A DNA stretch of 64,000 nucleotides from a virus. Positions 1-8,542 of this stretch are shown here, piece by piece. Each line of letters opens with the position of its first letter. Position 1 is the stretch's first letter. Under the pieces are notes generated by a model. It was not told where the DNA came from, searched no databases, and saw only the letters and a program-made list of their open reading frames with translations. Made by a program: the position numbers and the translations under genes. The stretch lies in IMG/VR virus record IMGVR_UViG_3300028920_000027, positions 1-64,000 of that record. The stretch is one strand, 5' to 3'.

Positions 1-139
1 ATACTTCTTGGCCCGTCGTGAAGTCGTACAGGGCGTAGTGGATCTCAGCTGCGTCCGTCGGGCGCCCAGAGCTATTCGCCAGGTAGATGTCCAGGTCGGT
101 GGGACCCAACTGCTGACCTCGATACAGTGCGACGCTCAT
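1..139 (-). CDS. Putative virion protein, N-terminal part only (runs off the window edge)
   Basis: ATG at 139, just after the stop of 143-1009, reads MSVALYRGQQLGPTDLDIYLANSSGRPTDAAEIHYALYDFTTGQEV. This resembles the C-terminal domain of 143-1009. Not in the ORF track. Confidence 0.75.
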   Translation of the reverse strand, partial: MSVALYRGQQLGPTDLDIYLANSSGRPTDAAEIHYALYDFTTGQEV

Positions 140-142
140 CGT

Positions 143-1009
143 TCAGCTCCATCCGTACTTCTTGACCCTTGGAGTATTGTCGCAGGGAAGAGCCGCAAGT
201 ACAGCATCAACGACCAAGAAGTCCATCCTTCTGGTCTGCACAGGGGACAATCCGTTCTGTTGAACAACCCACTCGATCTGCCAACAACCTGGCTGCCCAC
301 ACTCGCCTGCGCTCCCGGTCACGTAGAACTCGCCGATCGAGCCCGGGACGGGGATTCGGTCCTTGGGGCCAACCCGAAAACGGGACCCATCCGATCGCAC
401 TTGATACAAGGTGAAGCTGATGTGGGCTGGGATGGTGGGCCCTGTCTGGTTGCACAGGAAGATGCTCAGGTCTCCTCGTGTCAGGCGCTGCCCATACCGA
501 AACTGCTTGGGTGGGGGGAGGATAGCTTTGATGGGGGGTAGGGCCCGCTCGACGACGGGGTCACCGAACATCAGGCTCGACCCCCGAATTACATCGGGGA
601 TGCTCCAGAGAAGGGCACTCGTGCCCCGAGCAATTCCACCCGCCCCGCGGTAGATGAGGGGCTCGCCCGACATGAGGGATGTCCCCACAGCGGTCCCGCC
701 CGCCTCTTGCTGGTTGTCCCAGATGAGAGTGCCCACACCATAAGCGGTCCCGCTGGACAGGTGGATGATGCCCACCTGTCCAAACATGGCACTCATACCC
801 ATGGCGACACCGCCAGCATCACGCCGTCGAACAGCATCTGTGGGCAGCAGCTCGCCAACCCCCATGGCCGTGCCCGACCCCCACCAAGCGGTGTCGCCGA
901 ACGCCGTCGCCTGTCCCAGAGAGGTCCCACCTACTACGACGAGGACCCCCGCTGCCCCGGTAACAGTAGCCGCACCGATCGCCGTACCCAAGGCGTCAAC
1001 TACGGCCAT
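143..1009 (-). CDS. Gly-rich repeat virion/fibre protein with C-terminal beta-sandwich-like domain
   Basis: 288 aa. N-terminal GTAxGxxxxxG repeats; C-terminal domain FRYGQRLTRGDLSIFL...GCWQIEW; structural gene context. Confidence 0.65.
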   Translation of the reverse strand: MAVVDALGTAIGAATVTGAAGVLVVVGGTSLGQATAFGDTAWWGSGTAMGVGELLPTDAVRRRDAGGVAMGMSAMFGQVGIIHLSSGTAYGVGTLIWDNQQEAGGTAVGTSLMSGEPLIYRGAGGIARGTSALLWSIPDVIRGSSLMFGDPVVERALPPIKAILPPPKQFRYGQRLTRGDLSIFLCNQTGPTIPAHISFTLYQVRSDGSRFRVGPKDRIPVPGSIGEFYVTGSAGECGQPGCWQIEWVVQQNGLSPVQTRRMDFLVVDAVLAALPCDNTPRVKKYGWS

Positions 1010-1013
1010 TCAC

Positions 1014-2381
1014 TCAAGCCCTTCCTGCCGACACTCCCGCGGAGAAGGACGTCACGAAACCCTGCCCGTCGCAAGTAGAAGTACCTTCGGCCAAACCTGT
1101 CCAGTAGGTCCCCTCAGCATGCCCGACTACTTCCGTGGCCCCGTGGACGGCTCCTGTCGCCAGGATGCCAAAGAAGCCAACTCCAGCCACGAGGGAGTCT
1201 CCTCCGGCTGACCCTGCTTCAGTCATGAAAGTTCCTGTGGGCAAGCTCACTCCGCTAGCCAGGTTTGAACCTTCTGCCAACCCATCTGCATAGGCTTCAC
1301 AGAAGCCCGCGCCCTTGGTCAGGTCCGCGAGAATCCCGGCACCAAGAACCTCGGTGGAGCCCTCTGCCAACCCCATGCTGAACGAGGTGAGCAACGGTCC
1401 GCTGAAGGTGGCCGAGGGCGCCCCGATGGGAGTCAGGCCACGACCGTTCCCCGAGTAGTCGTCGAGGTTCCCCTCGATGAGCGGGTAGTAGGCGTAAATA
1501 TTGGCAGTTTTCTGGACCCCCATGTGGTTGGACTCAGCCTCCACCTCGTACTGAGTGAGGTATGCCTCCGACCAGATTTTCCAGTACTGCTGCTCAATGG
1601 TGTAGGCCCCAAGCACACTGATCTGAACGCCGTTGGGATCCCAGGTATCGTTGAAGTTCTGGGAAACCTCCCGCACCTTCACGGTGGGCCCACCGTAGCG
1701 TTTCAAGTAGGCCCGCACTGTGGAGCCGTCGTAGGCGATGGCGATGAAGTTCCAGCCATCTTGCAGAGCTGTCGTCAGCTCAAGGGTCCCGGACTCAAGG
1801 GGACCAGACCAGCCGAGGGACAGTCGACGGTAACCCCAATGGTAGTAGAGGGATAGTTGCCCACTGCTACCCTTCAGTTGCATCAGGGCGGCTGACCCAC
1901 TCCCGTTGGCGCGCTGGACGTAGAACCAGCCCCCGAACGCCCACGACCCTGAATGGTCAATCGTGGTACCCGTGTAGGTGGCACCTTCCCCCTGATCAAA
2001 TGCCGTCGCGGGGTAGGAGTACTCGTCGGTGAGCAGACCCAGGCCCATGACGACCGACGTTCCTTCACTAAGGCCCGCCGAAAGGATCGTGCTGTATCCA
2101 GCACCACTCACGACGGTTGAACCGTCACTGGCACCAACAGCAAGGGCGTTAACGGTCCCCGCGCCACTGACCACCGTGGTGCCGTCACTGGCACCCGCGG
2201 TCAGAGTGTCCGCAGCACCGGCACCACCGACGGTGGTAGAACCGTCGGCGATACCAGGCGAAAGAGAGTTGGCGACACTGACGCCCCCGACCACAGAGGT
2301 ACCGTCAGCAAGACCCGCACCTACCGTTGAAGTGCCGTAGCCTTCAACGAGAGTACTGCCGCTTGCAAGTCCATCAGCCAT
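1014..2381 (-). CDS. Fibre-like protein with central LamG/concanavalin A-like domain
   Basis: 455 aa. ~20-aa GxxDGxTxVxG repeats flank a domain with LamG_3 hallmarks (FGGWFY, WNFIAIAYDGSTVRAY, YYPLIEGNLDDYSGNG). Confidence 0.75.
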   Translation of the reverse strand: MADGLASGSTLVEGYGTSTVGAGLADGTSVVGGVSVANSLSPGIADGSTTVGGAGAADTLTAGASDGTTVVSGAGTVNALAVGASDGSTVVSGAGYSTILSAGLSEGTSVVMGLGLLTDEYSYPATAFDQGEGATYTGTTIDHSGSWAFGGWFYVQRANGSGSAALMQLKGSSGQLSLYYHWGYRRLSLGWSGPLESGTLELTTALQDGWNFIAIAYDGSTVRAYLKRYGGPTVKVREVSQNFNDTWDPNGVQISVLGAYTIEQQYWKIWSEAYLTQYEVEAESNHMGVQKTANIYAYYPLIEGNLDDYSGNGRGLTPIGAPSATFSGPLLTSFSMGLAEGSTEVLGAGILADLTKGAGFCEAYADGLAEGSNLASGVSLPTGTFMTEAGSAGGDSLVAGVGFFGILATGAVHGATEVVGHAEGTYWTGLAEGTSTCDGQGFVTSFSAGVSAGRA

Positions 2382-2406
2382 GTGTCACCTCTTCAAACCT
2401 GAAGGC

Positions 2407-2835
2407 TTAGTCTTCGGTGATGGTCGTCGAGGTCGAGAGCCCCGGGTTGTTGGGCGGCGTGACGTTGATGTTGGGGGTAACCGTCCCGAAGTAGAGCAGC
2501 ACGCCTGCACCGCTCGCAGCCGTGCCGATACCGAAGTGGGTCACAGTCTCGGAACCTGCCGTGCACTCGCCGAACTGCACTGCGGAGGTCAGGGTTGCCT
2601 GGTTGCCGGAAACAGTGAACCCCGCCGCGCTACGGGCAACTGCCTGCCGCGAGTACCCCGTGTAGGCGCACTCGTTCGTGGTCTGGTCCCCAGCTTCTCC
2701 AGGGTCTGCCGTGTGTAGGCTGAGGTAAAGATCCGTGACCGGGGCCGTAGTATCGTTCTCGGCCAGATCCGTGATGGGGTCCCCATTCAGAATGAGGCCC
2801 AGGTAACCATTCTCTAGTGTGTTTGACTTGGACAT
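2407..2835 (-). CDS. Small phage tail-fibre-associated beta-sandwich protein (paralog A)
   Basis: 142 aa. LYLSLHTADPG...ECAYTGYSRQAV...VQFGECTAGSETVTHFGI..LLYFG is typical of a widespread small phage tail protein family. Confidence 0.8.
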   Translation of the reverse strand: MSKSNTLENGYLGLILNGDPITDLAENDTTAPVTDLYLSLHTADPGEAGDQTTNECAYTGYSRQAVARSAAGFTVSGNQATLTSAVQFGECTAGSETVTHFGIGTAASGAGVLLYFGTVTPNINVTPPNNPGLSTSTTITED

Positions 2836-2853
2836 GTCTACTCCCTTCTATGC

Positions 2854-3237
2854 TCACTGCTCTTGGATAATAATCTGCCCAGCGGGGAATCGGAGCTGGT
2901 CGTTGGTCAGAATGTCGCGAGGTGAATTGAGACTAGCGTAGTACAGCATGTTGCCAGCCGAGGGTGCGTCGAAGATGGCGTAGGCCACAATAGTGTTCCA
3001 GTCAGCAGTTGCCGTTGGGAACAGGACATCCGACGAGTTGGAAACCTGTCCGCCGGAGGGGGTGGCAAAGGTGATGGACTGCCGAGTGTAGCCGTTGCCT
3101 GTGACTTCAGTCCCTCCACCAGGGTCACTTGGAGCCACGGTAAACAGCGCCACGTATACGCCAGCGGGAGACGCGTACGCCACACCACGTAGGACGTGGT
3201 TCAGAATGTTGGTTTCGAGGAAGTCGCTCTTACTCAT
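2854..3237 (-). CDS. Small phage tail-fibre-associated beta-sandwich protein (paralog B)
   Basis: 127 aa. YVALFTVAPSDPGGGTEVTGNGYTRQSITF...FPTATADWNTIVAYAIFDA..GNMLYY; same family as 2407-2835. Confidence 0.85.
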   Translation of the reverse strand: MSKSDFLETNILNHVLRGVAYASPAGVYVALFTVAPSDPGGGTEVTGNGYTRQSITFATPSGGQVSNSSDVLFPTATADWNTIVAYAIFDAPSAGNMLYYASLNSPRDILTNDQLRFPAGQIIIQEQ

Positions 3238-3256
3238 GGGAGCCCCCTGGCTGTCA

Positions 3257-3655
3257 TCAGCAAGGATGGTTGATAAAAGAAGACTTCAACCCACCCGCGG
3301 GTGGGGTAGCCTCGGCCACAACATCGTAGTCCTGACCCATGATTTGCTGCCCAGCCGTATAGGTGACGATGAGCCGCCAGTACCCTTTGGCGTTGGGCCG
3401 GAAACGTACGCTGTAGATGCCTGGGCTTCCTGGAAGCTCGTGGAAGTAGACCCTTCCCGCGGCTACCCTAGCGTCGTCGGTCGTCGCCCCGTCCACCAGT
3501 GGCCAAGGCTGGAAGTCATTCTGAAAGAACAGCTGTGACGCCACATCCGAAATCGTTAGACCCGTGACTCGTGTGAATCCGTCCCCTTGAAAATAGTCAG
3601 CCTGGTCGATCACGACCTGGTTGGCCTGTACGAGCCTGCCGCGCGTGGTTGCCAT
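3257..3655 (-). CDS. Putative Ig-like virion protein
   Basis: 132 aa, beta-rich, GIYSVRFRP...GYWRLIVTY; structural context. Confidence 0.6.
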   Translation of the reverse strand: MATTRGRLVQANQVVIDQADYFQGDGFTRVTGLTISDVASQLFFQNDFQPWPLVDGATTDDARVAAGRVYFHELPGSPGIYSVRFRPNAKGYWRLIVTYTAGQQIMGQDYDVVAEATPPAGGLKSSFINHPC

Positions 3656-4038
3656 GATTCATTTAGACAGGCGTACCAGTAGAAACGCGATGACCCCCAG
3701 CTCAGGTTTTGATCGCCCACTTGTGGCGGGCAGGAGCCTCCGAAGAGGCCCACTGCACCCTCATTTTCATCGAGCGCGCCGGAACCCAATACTGAATCCC
3801 CATCGAATGACGCCCCTGCAACCCAAGCCACTGTGGGAGCACTCTCCAGCACGGTGTCCCCCTCTAGAGTGGCTCCAGCACCGTAGACAACAAGAGCGTC
3901 CGTCGTCAGCTCCGCGCCCGTGACCTCCGTCCCGCCACCACTCTCTGTCGGGCTGACCGTACAGAGGCCGACCTCAATGCTCGTGGGCGAGGTGTAGGGA
4001 GTGTTACACAAGATGTGATTGATGAAACCCCTGACCAC
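3610..4038 (-). CDS. Chimeric small virion protein (paralog-B-like N-terminus plus Gly repeats)
   Basis: GTG start directly after the stop of 4039-4281. NHILCNTPYTSPTSIEVGLCTVSPTESGGGTEVTG matches NHVLRGVAYASPAGVYVALFTVAPSDPGGGTEVTG of 2854-3237. Confidence 0.65.
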   Translation of the reverse strand: MVRGFINHILCNTPYTSPTSIEVGLCTVSPTESGGGTEVTGAELTTDALVVYGAGATLEGDTVLESAPTVAWVAGASFDGDSVLGSGALDENEGAVGLFGGSCPPQVGDQNLSWGSSRFYWYACLNESWQPRAAGSYRPTRS

Positions 4039-4281
4039 TCATCCCATATGGCACAACGATTTGAGGTTCTTGATTGCATTCGCGTAAGGGAGGGCCGCAA
4101 CCTTCCCCGCCGACGTCGCCCAAGCTGTTTTCAACTCGGTGACGTTGGAAACCGTCTGATCGAAGACGAAGCTCATCTTCCCACCCCCGTTGCGGTCAGT
4201 GCGCTTCATGGGGACGCCAGCCACTTGGAGGTAGGCAGCAAAGTACAGATCGCTCGTCTTGAACTCGGTGTCGTTGCTCAT
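4039..4281 (-). CDS. Small phage protein, DUF5659-like
   Basis: 80 aa. FKTSDLYFAAYL...MSFVFD pattern recognised from the DUF5659 family. Confidence 0.65.
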   Translation of the reverse strand: MSNDTEFKTSDLYFAAYLQVAGVPMKRTDRNGGGKMSFVFDQTVSNVTELKTAWATSAGKVAALPYANAIKNLKSLCHMG

Positions 4282-4297
4282 CTTTCATCCCATCTGA

Positions 4298-4319
4298 GCC
4301 CCCAGCCAAAACTGGGGGC
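4298..4319. terminator. GC-rich intergenic hairpin (possible terminator or processing stem)
   Basis: GCCCCCAG-ccaaaa-CTGGGGGC, a perfect 8-bp stem with no clear U-tract. Confidence 0.4.
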
Positions 4320-4393
4320 CCTGAGCCATGCCTTGCTAAATCTGGATTTGGATTTGGATTCGGATCTACATCTAGGGGTTGGTCAGGTCGCCA

Positions 4394-5542
4394 TCAGGCG
4401 ACGGCTTCGACACCGCTCAGCCGCTGACGGACCATGACCTGGACACTGGTGGTTGTGGTCGTGGCGCCCGGAATCAAGGACGCTGGAACCACGATCGCGG
4501 TGAGACTAACGGAGCCGCCCGCGTTCTCGATCTGCTTCTGACCCAGCTTGACACTGATGACGCCCGTGAACTTGACCTCGGTGTCGAGCCGTCCGGTGCC
4601 CCCGCCGCCGCCCAACTCCCCACCGAGGCCCGTCCCAGCGATGGTCACATCGCCTGCGTTCGGGCTGTCGAGAGTCGCACTCGTGATGGTCGGAACCGTG
4701 ACATTGGTGCTGAAGGCCGACCCGTCATCGGCAACAACAGCTACCGCCGCGCCCGGGGTCAGAGCAGGAACCCGACGAGAGTCGGGGTTGAAGCTGGAAT
4801 TCCGATAGCCAGCGATTTGCCCCACGAGATAAGACTCGATGGCCACGCTTGTCTCAGCAAAGGCCGGCGCCACCACATCACGCAAAGCGTCATGGGTGCC
4901 ACGAGTCTTCGGGATGAGGGAAAGGGCATTGGCATTACTCCCAGACCCGATGCCGTCGATATCGGTGTCTTCGATCGCAAGCGGTCCACCGGGTGGGGAC
5001 AGCACAGCCAAGGTGTCAGAGGCTCCTGGCATCGAACGCTCAACACCGCTCGTGCTAAACCCCAGATCAGCATTGGCCGATGAACCGTTACCGGTGGTGT
5101 CGATAGCCACCTGGCTAGCAGTCCCCCGAGGACCTTCCAACGCCACGCGGTCGCCTGACCCTACGCCAGCCCGTGCTGTGATCCCCGAACCCGCAATAGC
5201 TGCGTTGATGACGTCCAAGAGAGCGTCAAGATCAGCCACAGCACCCGCAGCAAGGGTATAGTTGGTGAAGGATCCCCCAATCGTCGTACTGAGACGTAGA
5301 ACGTCGTTGGAAGATCCGGTGATCGTGAGAGGGAACCCTGCGTTGATATCGCCACCCTCCGCCACGGCACCGGCACCCACCGTGCTGTCGAGCAGGAGCG
5401 CCGTTACCGACGTGGACTCGGGAAACTTGAGGTATTGCTCCTGGCCAGAGGGCTCAATAGCGGGATTGTACCGGGACACCGGCTCTAGATCAGCCAGGAA
5501 GATAGCCTGAGCCAGATCGTTGCGAATGACTCCTACGCGCAT
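4394..5542 (-). CDS. Virion structural protein with C-terminal IPT/TIG-like Ig domain
   Basis: 382 aa, Gly/Ala/Thr-rich. C-terminal PTITSATLDSPNAGDVTIAGTG is shared with 5944-6549. Confidence 0.65.
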   Translation of the reverse strand: MRVGVIRNDLAQAIFLADLEPVSRYNPAIEPSGQEQYLKFPESTSVTALLLDSTVGAGAVAEGGDINAGFPLTITGSSNDVLRLSTTIGGSFTNYTLAAGAVADLDALLDVINAAIAGSGITARAGVGSGDRVALEGPRGTASQVAIDTTGNGSSANADLGFSTSGVERSMPGASDTLAVLSPPGGPLAIEDTDIDGIGSGSNANALSLIPKTRGTHDALRDVVAPAFAETSVAIESYLVGQIAGYRNSSFNPDSRRVPALTPGAAVAVVADDGSAFSTNVTVPTITSATLDSPNAGDVTIAGTGLGGELGGGGGTGRLDTEVKFTGVISVKLGQKQIENAGGSVSLTAIVVPASLIPGATTTTTSVQVMVRQRLSGVEAVA

Positions 5543-5545
5543 GAT

Positions 5546-5926
5546 TCAAACTCCTGTTTGCTCGGAAGGTGGTGGAAGAATCCCCCGAGCCTGATCAACC
5601 TTGAGCATCTGGAGGACGGTGCCAAAATCAACGTACATCTCGGCAATAGACTGGATGAAAACGAGGTCGTCCGCGCGCCACGCGAACTTCGCGCGCCGAA
5701 GCGTGAGGCGCATCCGGCGCAGAATACGGATGTAGTCCGCAGCTCGCTTGAGCGTCTGAAGCTCGTCCTCAGCAGCTTCAAGCTTCTGGTAACGGGCCTC
5801 AACATCATCGAGGAGACGACGACTGTAGAGTACCGGAACAAGGTCCCTCGGCTGCCAACGACGGAAAGTGCGGTAGAACTCCGCCCCTTCTGCGTCGAGA
5901 ATAGCATTGAGGTAAGGGTACTCCAC
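5546..5926 (-). CDS. Hypothetical helical protein
   Basis: 126 aa, GTG start; exactly fills the gap between flanking minus-strand genes. Confidence 0.65.
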   Translation of the reverse strand: MEYPYLNAILDAEGAEFYRTFRRWQPRDLVPVLYSRRLLDDVEARYQKLEAAEDELQTLKRAADYIRILRRMRLTLRRAKFAWRADDLVFIQSIAEMYVDFGTVLQMLKVDQARGILPPPSEQTGV

Positions 5927-5943
5927 GTCATCGGGGGTGGGGG

Positions 5944-6549
5944 TCAGGTCAAGGTGAAGGTGTTGCTCGTTTGATCATCAGCGGTCACCGTGATGGTGTC
6001 ACCTGACGCCAAGCTCGTGATGAGGGTCGAGTCGATGATGATCTCGATGTCCGAAACTGCACCCGGGGCCGTGCCTTCGATCTGCGCCTGAGTCAACGTC
6101 ACATCGCCCACGCCCGCGCCTTGCAGCCGTACACTCGTGATGTTGGGGGCCAGGCTCAGAAAGCCCGTGCCGTCAATGGTCACGTCGCCCGCCGCGGGGT
6201 CGTCAAGAGTCGCGCCCGTGATGACGGGGGTCGCTAGGTCGGCCGCCGCAAAGGTCGTCACCGAGATCAAACCCGCCCGCACGAACCCAGCGATCTTGCC
6301 CTTTGCCGCGCTAAGCGCGACCCGAGGCGTCTCGTCGAGGTCAACATAACCAGGCAAGCTGGTGTCCGTCGGCTTCGAGTACGGGATGTAGCAGGGTTGC
6401 TTCGGCTCGTTCGCGTATCCGTCTCGGGGCATCACATGGGGATCCGCTGAGGAACCCAGTCGGTGAGCGGTCTTGTTCGGCAGGCCGTCATCGATGTCGT
6501 CGATCAAGATGGCGCCAAGGCCAGACTGTTGGTGGATGAGCCGCAGCAT
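5944..6549 (-). CDS. Virion structural protein with C-terminal IPT/TIG-like Ig domain
   Basis: 201 aa. PVITGATLDDPAAGDVTIDGTGF; GGAG RBS and late-motif candidate upstream. Confidence 0.7.
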   Translation of the reverse strand: MLRLIHQQSGLGAILIDDIDDGLPNKTAHRLGSSADPHVMPRDGYANEPKQPCYIPYSKPTDTSLPGYVDLDETPRVALSAAKGKIAGFVRAGLISVTTFAAADLATPVITGATLDDPAAGDVTIDGTGFLSLAPNITSVRLQGAGVGDVTLTQAQIEGTAPGAVSDIEIIIDSTLITSLASGDTITVTADDQTSNTFTLT

Positions 6550-6597
6550 TCGTTTGCTCCTCTGACGTTCTAGGGATCGGGCAACGGAAGCAGAGCC

Positions 6598-6606
6598 ATA
6601 AAAGGA
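6598..6606 (-). promoter_or_regulatory. Candidate late-promoter motif TCCTTTTAT
   Basis: AT-rich 9-mer in a GC-rich genome, 48 nt upstream of ATG 6549; identical to 45852-45860. Confidence 0.55.
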
Positions 6607-6609
6607 AGT

Positions 6610-7470
6610 TCACAGCTGGGCCTTGGCGTCCTGGTACCCCTGCTCCCGTATCCGCCGAATGGCGTCTGGGTCGAAGTCCAGGGAGTCCTCAACAAGCTTC
6701 TTCTCCGGGCGAATAACCCGAACCTCGACCTTCCGATAGCTCTCCCCGTGGTCCGCCAACCGGTTTTTGAGGTGCGTCACCTGCAAATCCGTGCGGAGGA
6801 CCTCGTTGGATATGATCTCGACGGACCGCAGCAAATGTCCGTAGGTCTTGCGCCCTTTAGCGTCCCAGGGATCCACCCCTTCAGGGTTGCTGCACGCGAT
6901 GACGTCCACCTCGGTGGCCCCCAACTTGAGCGCCTGACCCAGTGGCAACACGTCCCGTAGCCCCCCGTCAGACCAACTGTGGCCGTCGATCTCGATGGGC
7001 TGGAAGAAAACTGGGAAGCTGGCCGACGCATAGACCCATGAGAGGAAATCCGGGTCAGAGGCCGAAGTGTACTGAATCTTACCCTGATCGAAGTCCACCG
7101 CGCCCACATGGATCGTGCGCCCCGACTCCCGAATGAGCTGAGGGTCGCATGCCTCGCGCACCCACTTCAACAACGGGCGGGCATCGTAAATGCTGGGCTT
7201 CCACAAGGCCGCGAGCTTGCCCAAGAACCAGTTCTTGCGGATCTTGCGGTTTTCGACCTCCTGCCAGATCTGATCGAGCTTGGACCATGCCTCAACAGGT
7301 TTGCCGTAGGGCGCTTGCCCAAGGATCGCAGAGTTGAGGGCACCAACGCTGATGCCGGTGACGATCTTGTAGTCAAGTCCCCCGTCGACCATCAAATGTC
7401 TGAGAGCGCCCACCTGGTAAGCGCCCTTGACCCCACCACCACTCAACACCAACGCTCGCACGGCTTCCAT
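6610..7470 (-). CDS. Patatin-like phospholipase
   Basis: GGGVKG oxyanion loop, GISVG nucleophile elbow and DGG catalytic Asp motif are all intact. Start taken at MEAVR (7470). Confidence 0.93.
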   Translation of the reverse strand: MEAVRALVLSGGGVKGAYQVGALRHLMVDGGLDYKIVTGISVGALNSAILGQAPYGKPVEAWSKLDQIWQEVENRKIRKNWFLGKLAALWKPSIYDARPLLKWVREACDPQLIRESGRTIHVGAVDFDQGKIQYTSASDPDFLSWVYASASFPVFFQPIEIDGHSWSDGGLRDVLPLGQALKLGATEVDVIACSNPEGVDPWDAKGRKTYGHLLRSVEIISNEVLRTDLQVTHLKNRLADHGESYRKVEVRVIRPEKKLVEDSLDFDPDAIRRIREQGYQDAKAQL

Positions 7471-7495
7471 AGTGACTTCATTTATCAAAGAATAT

Positions 7496-8542
7496 TCAGA
7501 CCACGTGCTTCCGAAAGAGGGTCATTCTCCCAACGAGAACACCCGCTCCAGTGGAAGCCTTGTAGGCCCGAACCAAAACTAACCAGTTGGGGTGAATCGC
7601 CTCTACTCGGTAGGCATCAGGCAAAAAGCTCCGTAGAACACCCGCGCACAAGACTTTGGCCATGAACCAAGCATCGGGCGTCTGGAACAAATATAGGTCA
7701 TGTGTCCCATCCCCATTCCGGTTAGGCGTAACGGACGGACCTCTCTCGAAATCCCACGTCCAATACCCCGTATTGGCCGAGCGATCTGAAACAGGAATGG
7801 GAACATGCTTGGTCACCTCATGCGTCCCTGTCCCTGCCTCGACAGGGACGATCTTGTAGGCGCCCGAACTTGGGGCAAGCTCCACAAGAGTGGCATTTGC
7901 TGCCCCCCCAGAAGTCACTTCACTGGCGGGGAACCGAACGCCAACGCTAACCCAATCGTTACTGGACCAATCACCCCCGTCGACCACAGCGGATTCCCAA
8001 TGCAGTTCCCCATCATGGACCAGGACGACTTCCGCGTAGGAGTACGCACCGTCAACATAGTCCGTCGGTCCTGTGGCGCCCCCTGGATGGACGACACGCA
8101 AAGAAGGTCCGTCAAACCGGCCCGACGCCACTAGCCCCCCCGAAGCCACGTATGCCTCATATTGGGTAAGATCATCCGAATGACTAGTGTAGACGATGCT
8201 CCAGGCCAACGGAGCAGGTGTGGGTGTTGTCAAAAGGCGCCCGTCCGGCTCAACGGGCATATCGATCTTCACGACATTACGGTCCAAAGGCTGCCCGCTG
8301 TGCTGGGCCACAACGTTGGCGACAACCAACTTCTCCGTTTCGGTCGGAGTGCTCCAAAAATGAATGTGGACCTGTAACCCCGAAGTATCATCGTTCAGGT
8401 AGTTCAGTGAAGTGGTCTTGATCGTGCCCAGACCCAGCGAGTGACTATAGCGTATCTGGTGCTCAAGTGCGGCAGCATCCAGCTTGTTGTTCTTCGTATC
8501 AGTGTACGACGCAGTGTATGTCGACCCAGCCCAAGAACCCAT
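7496..8542 (-). CDS. Hypothetical virion-associated protein
   Basis: Probable start MGSWAG at 8542 (TGATG overlap with the upstream gene); 348 aa, beta-rich. Confidence 0.65.
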   Translation of the reverse strand: MGSWAGSTYTASYTDTKNNKLDAAALEHQIRYSHSLGLGTIKTTSLNYLNDDTSGLQVHIHFWSTPTETEKLVVANVVAQHSGQPLDRNVVKIDMPVEPDGRLLTTPTPAPLAWSIVYTSHSDDLTQYEAYVASGGLVASGRFDGPSLRVVHPGGATGPTDYVDGAYSYAEVVLVHDGELHWESAVVDGGDWSSNDWVSVGVRFPASEVTSGGAANATLVELAPSSGAYKIVPVEAGTGTHEVTKHVPIPVSDRSANTGYWTWDFERGPSVTPNRNGDGTHDLYLFQTPDAWFMAKVLCAGVLRSFLPDAYRVEAIHPNWLVLVRAYKASTGAGVLVGRMTLFRKHVV

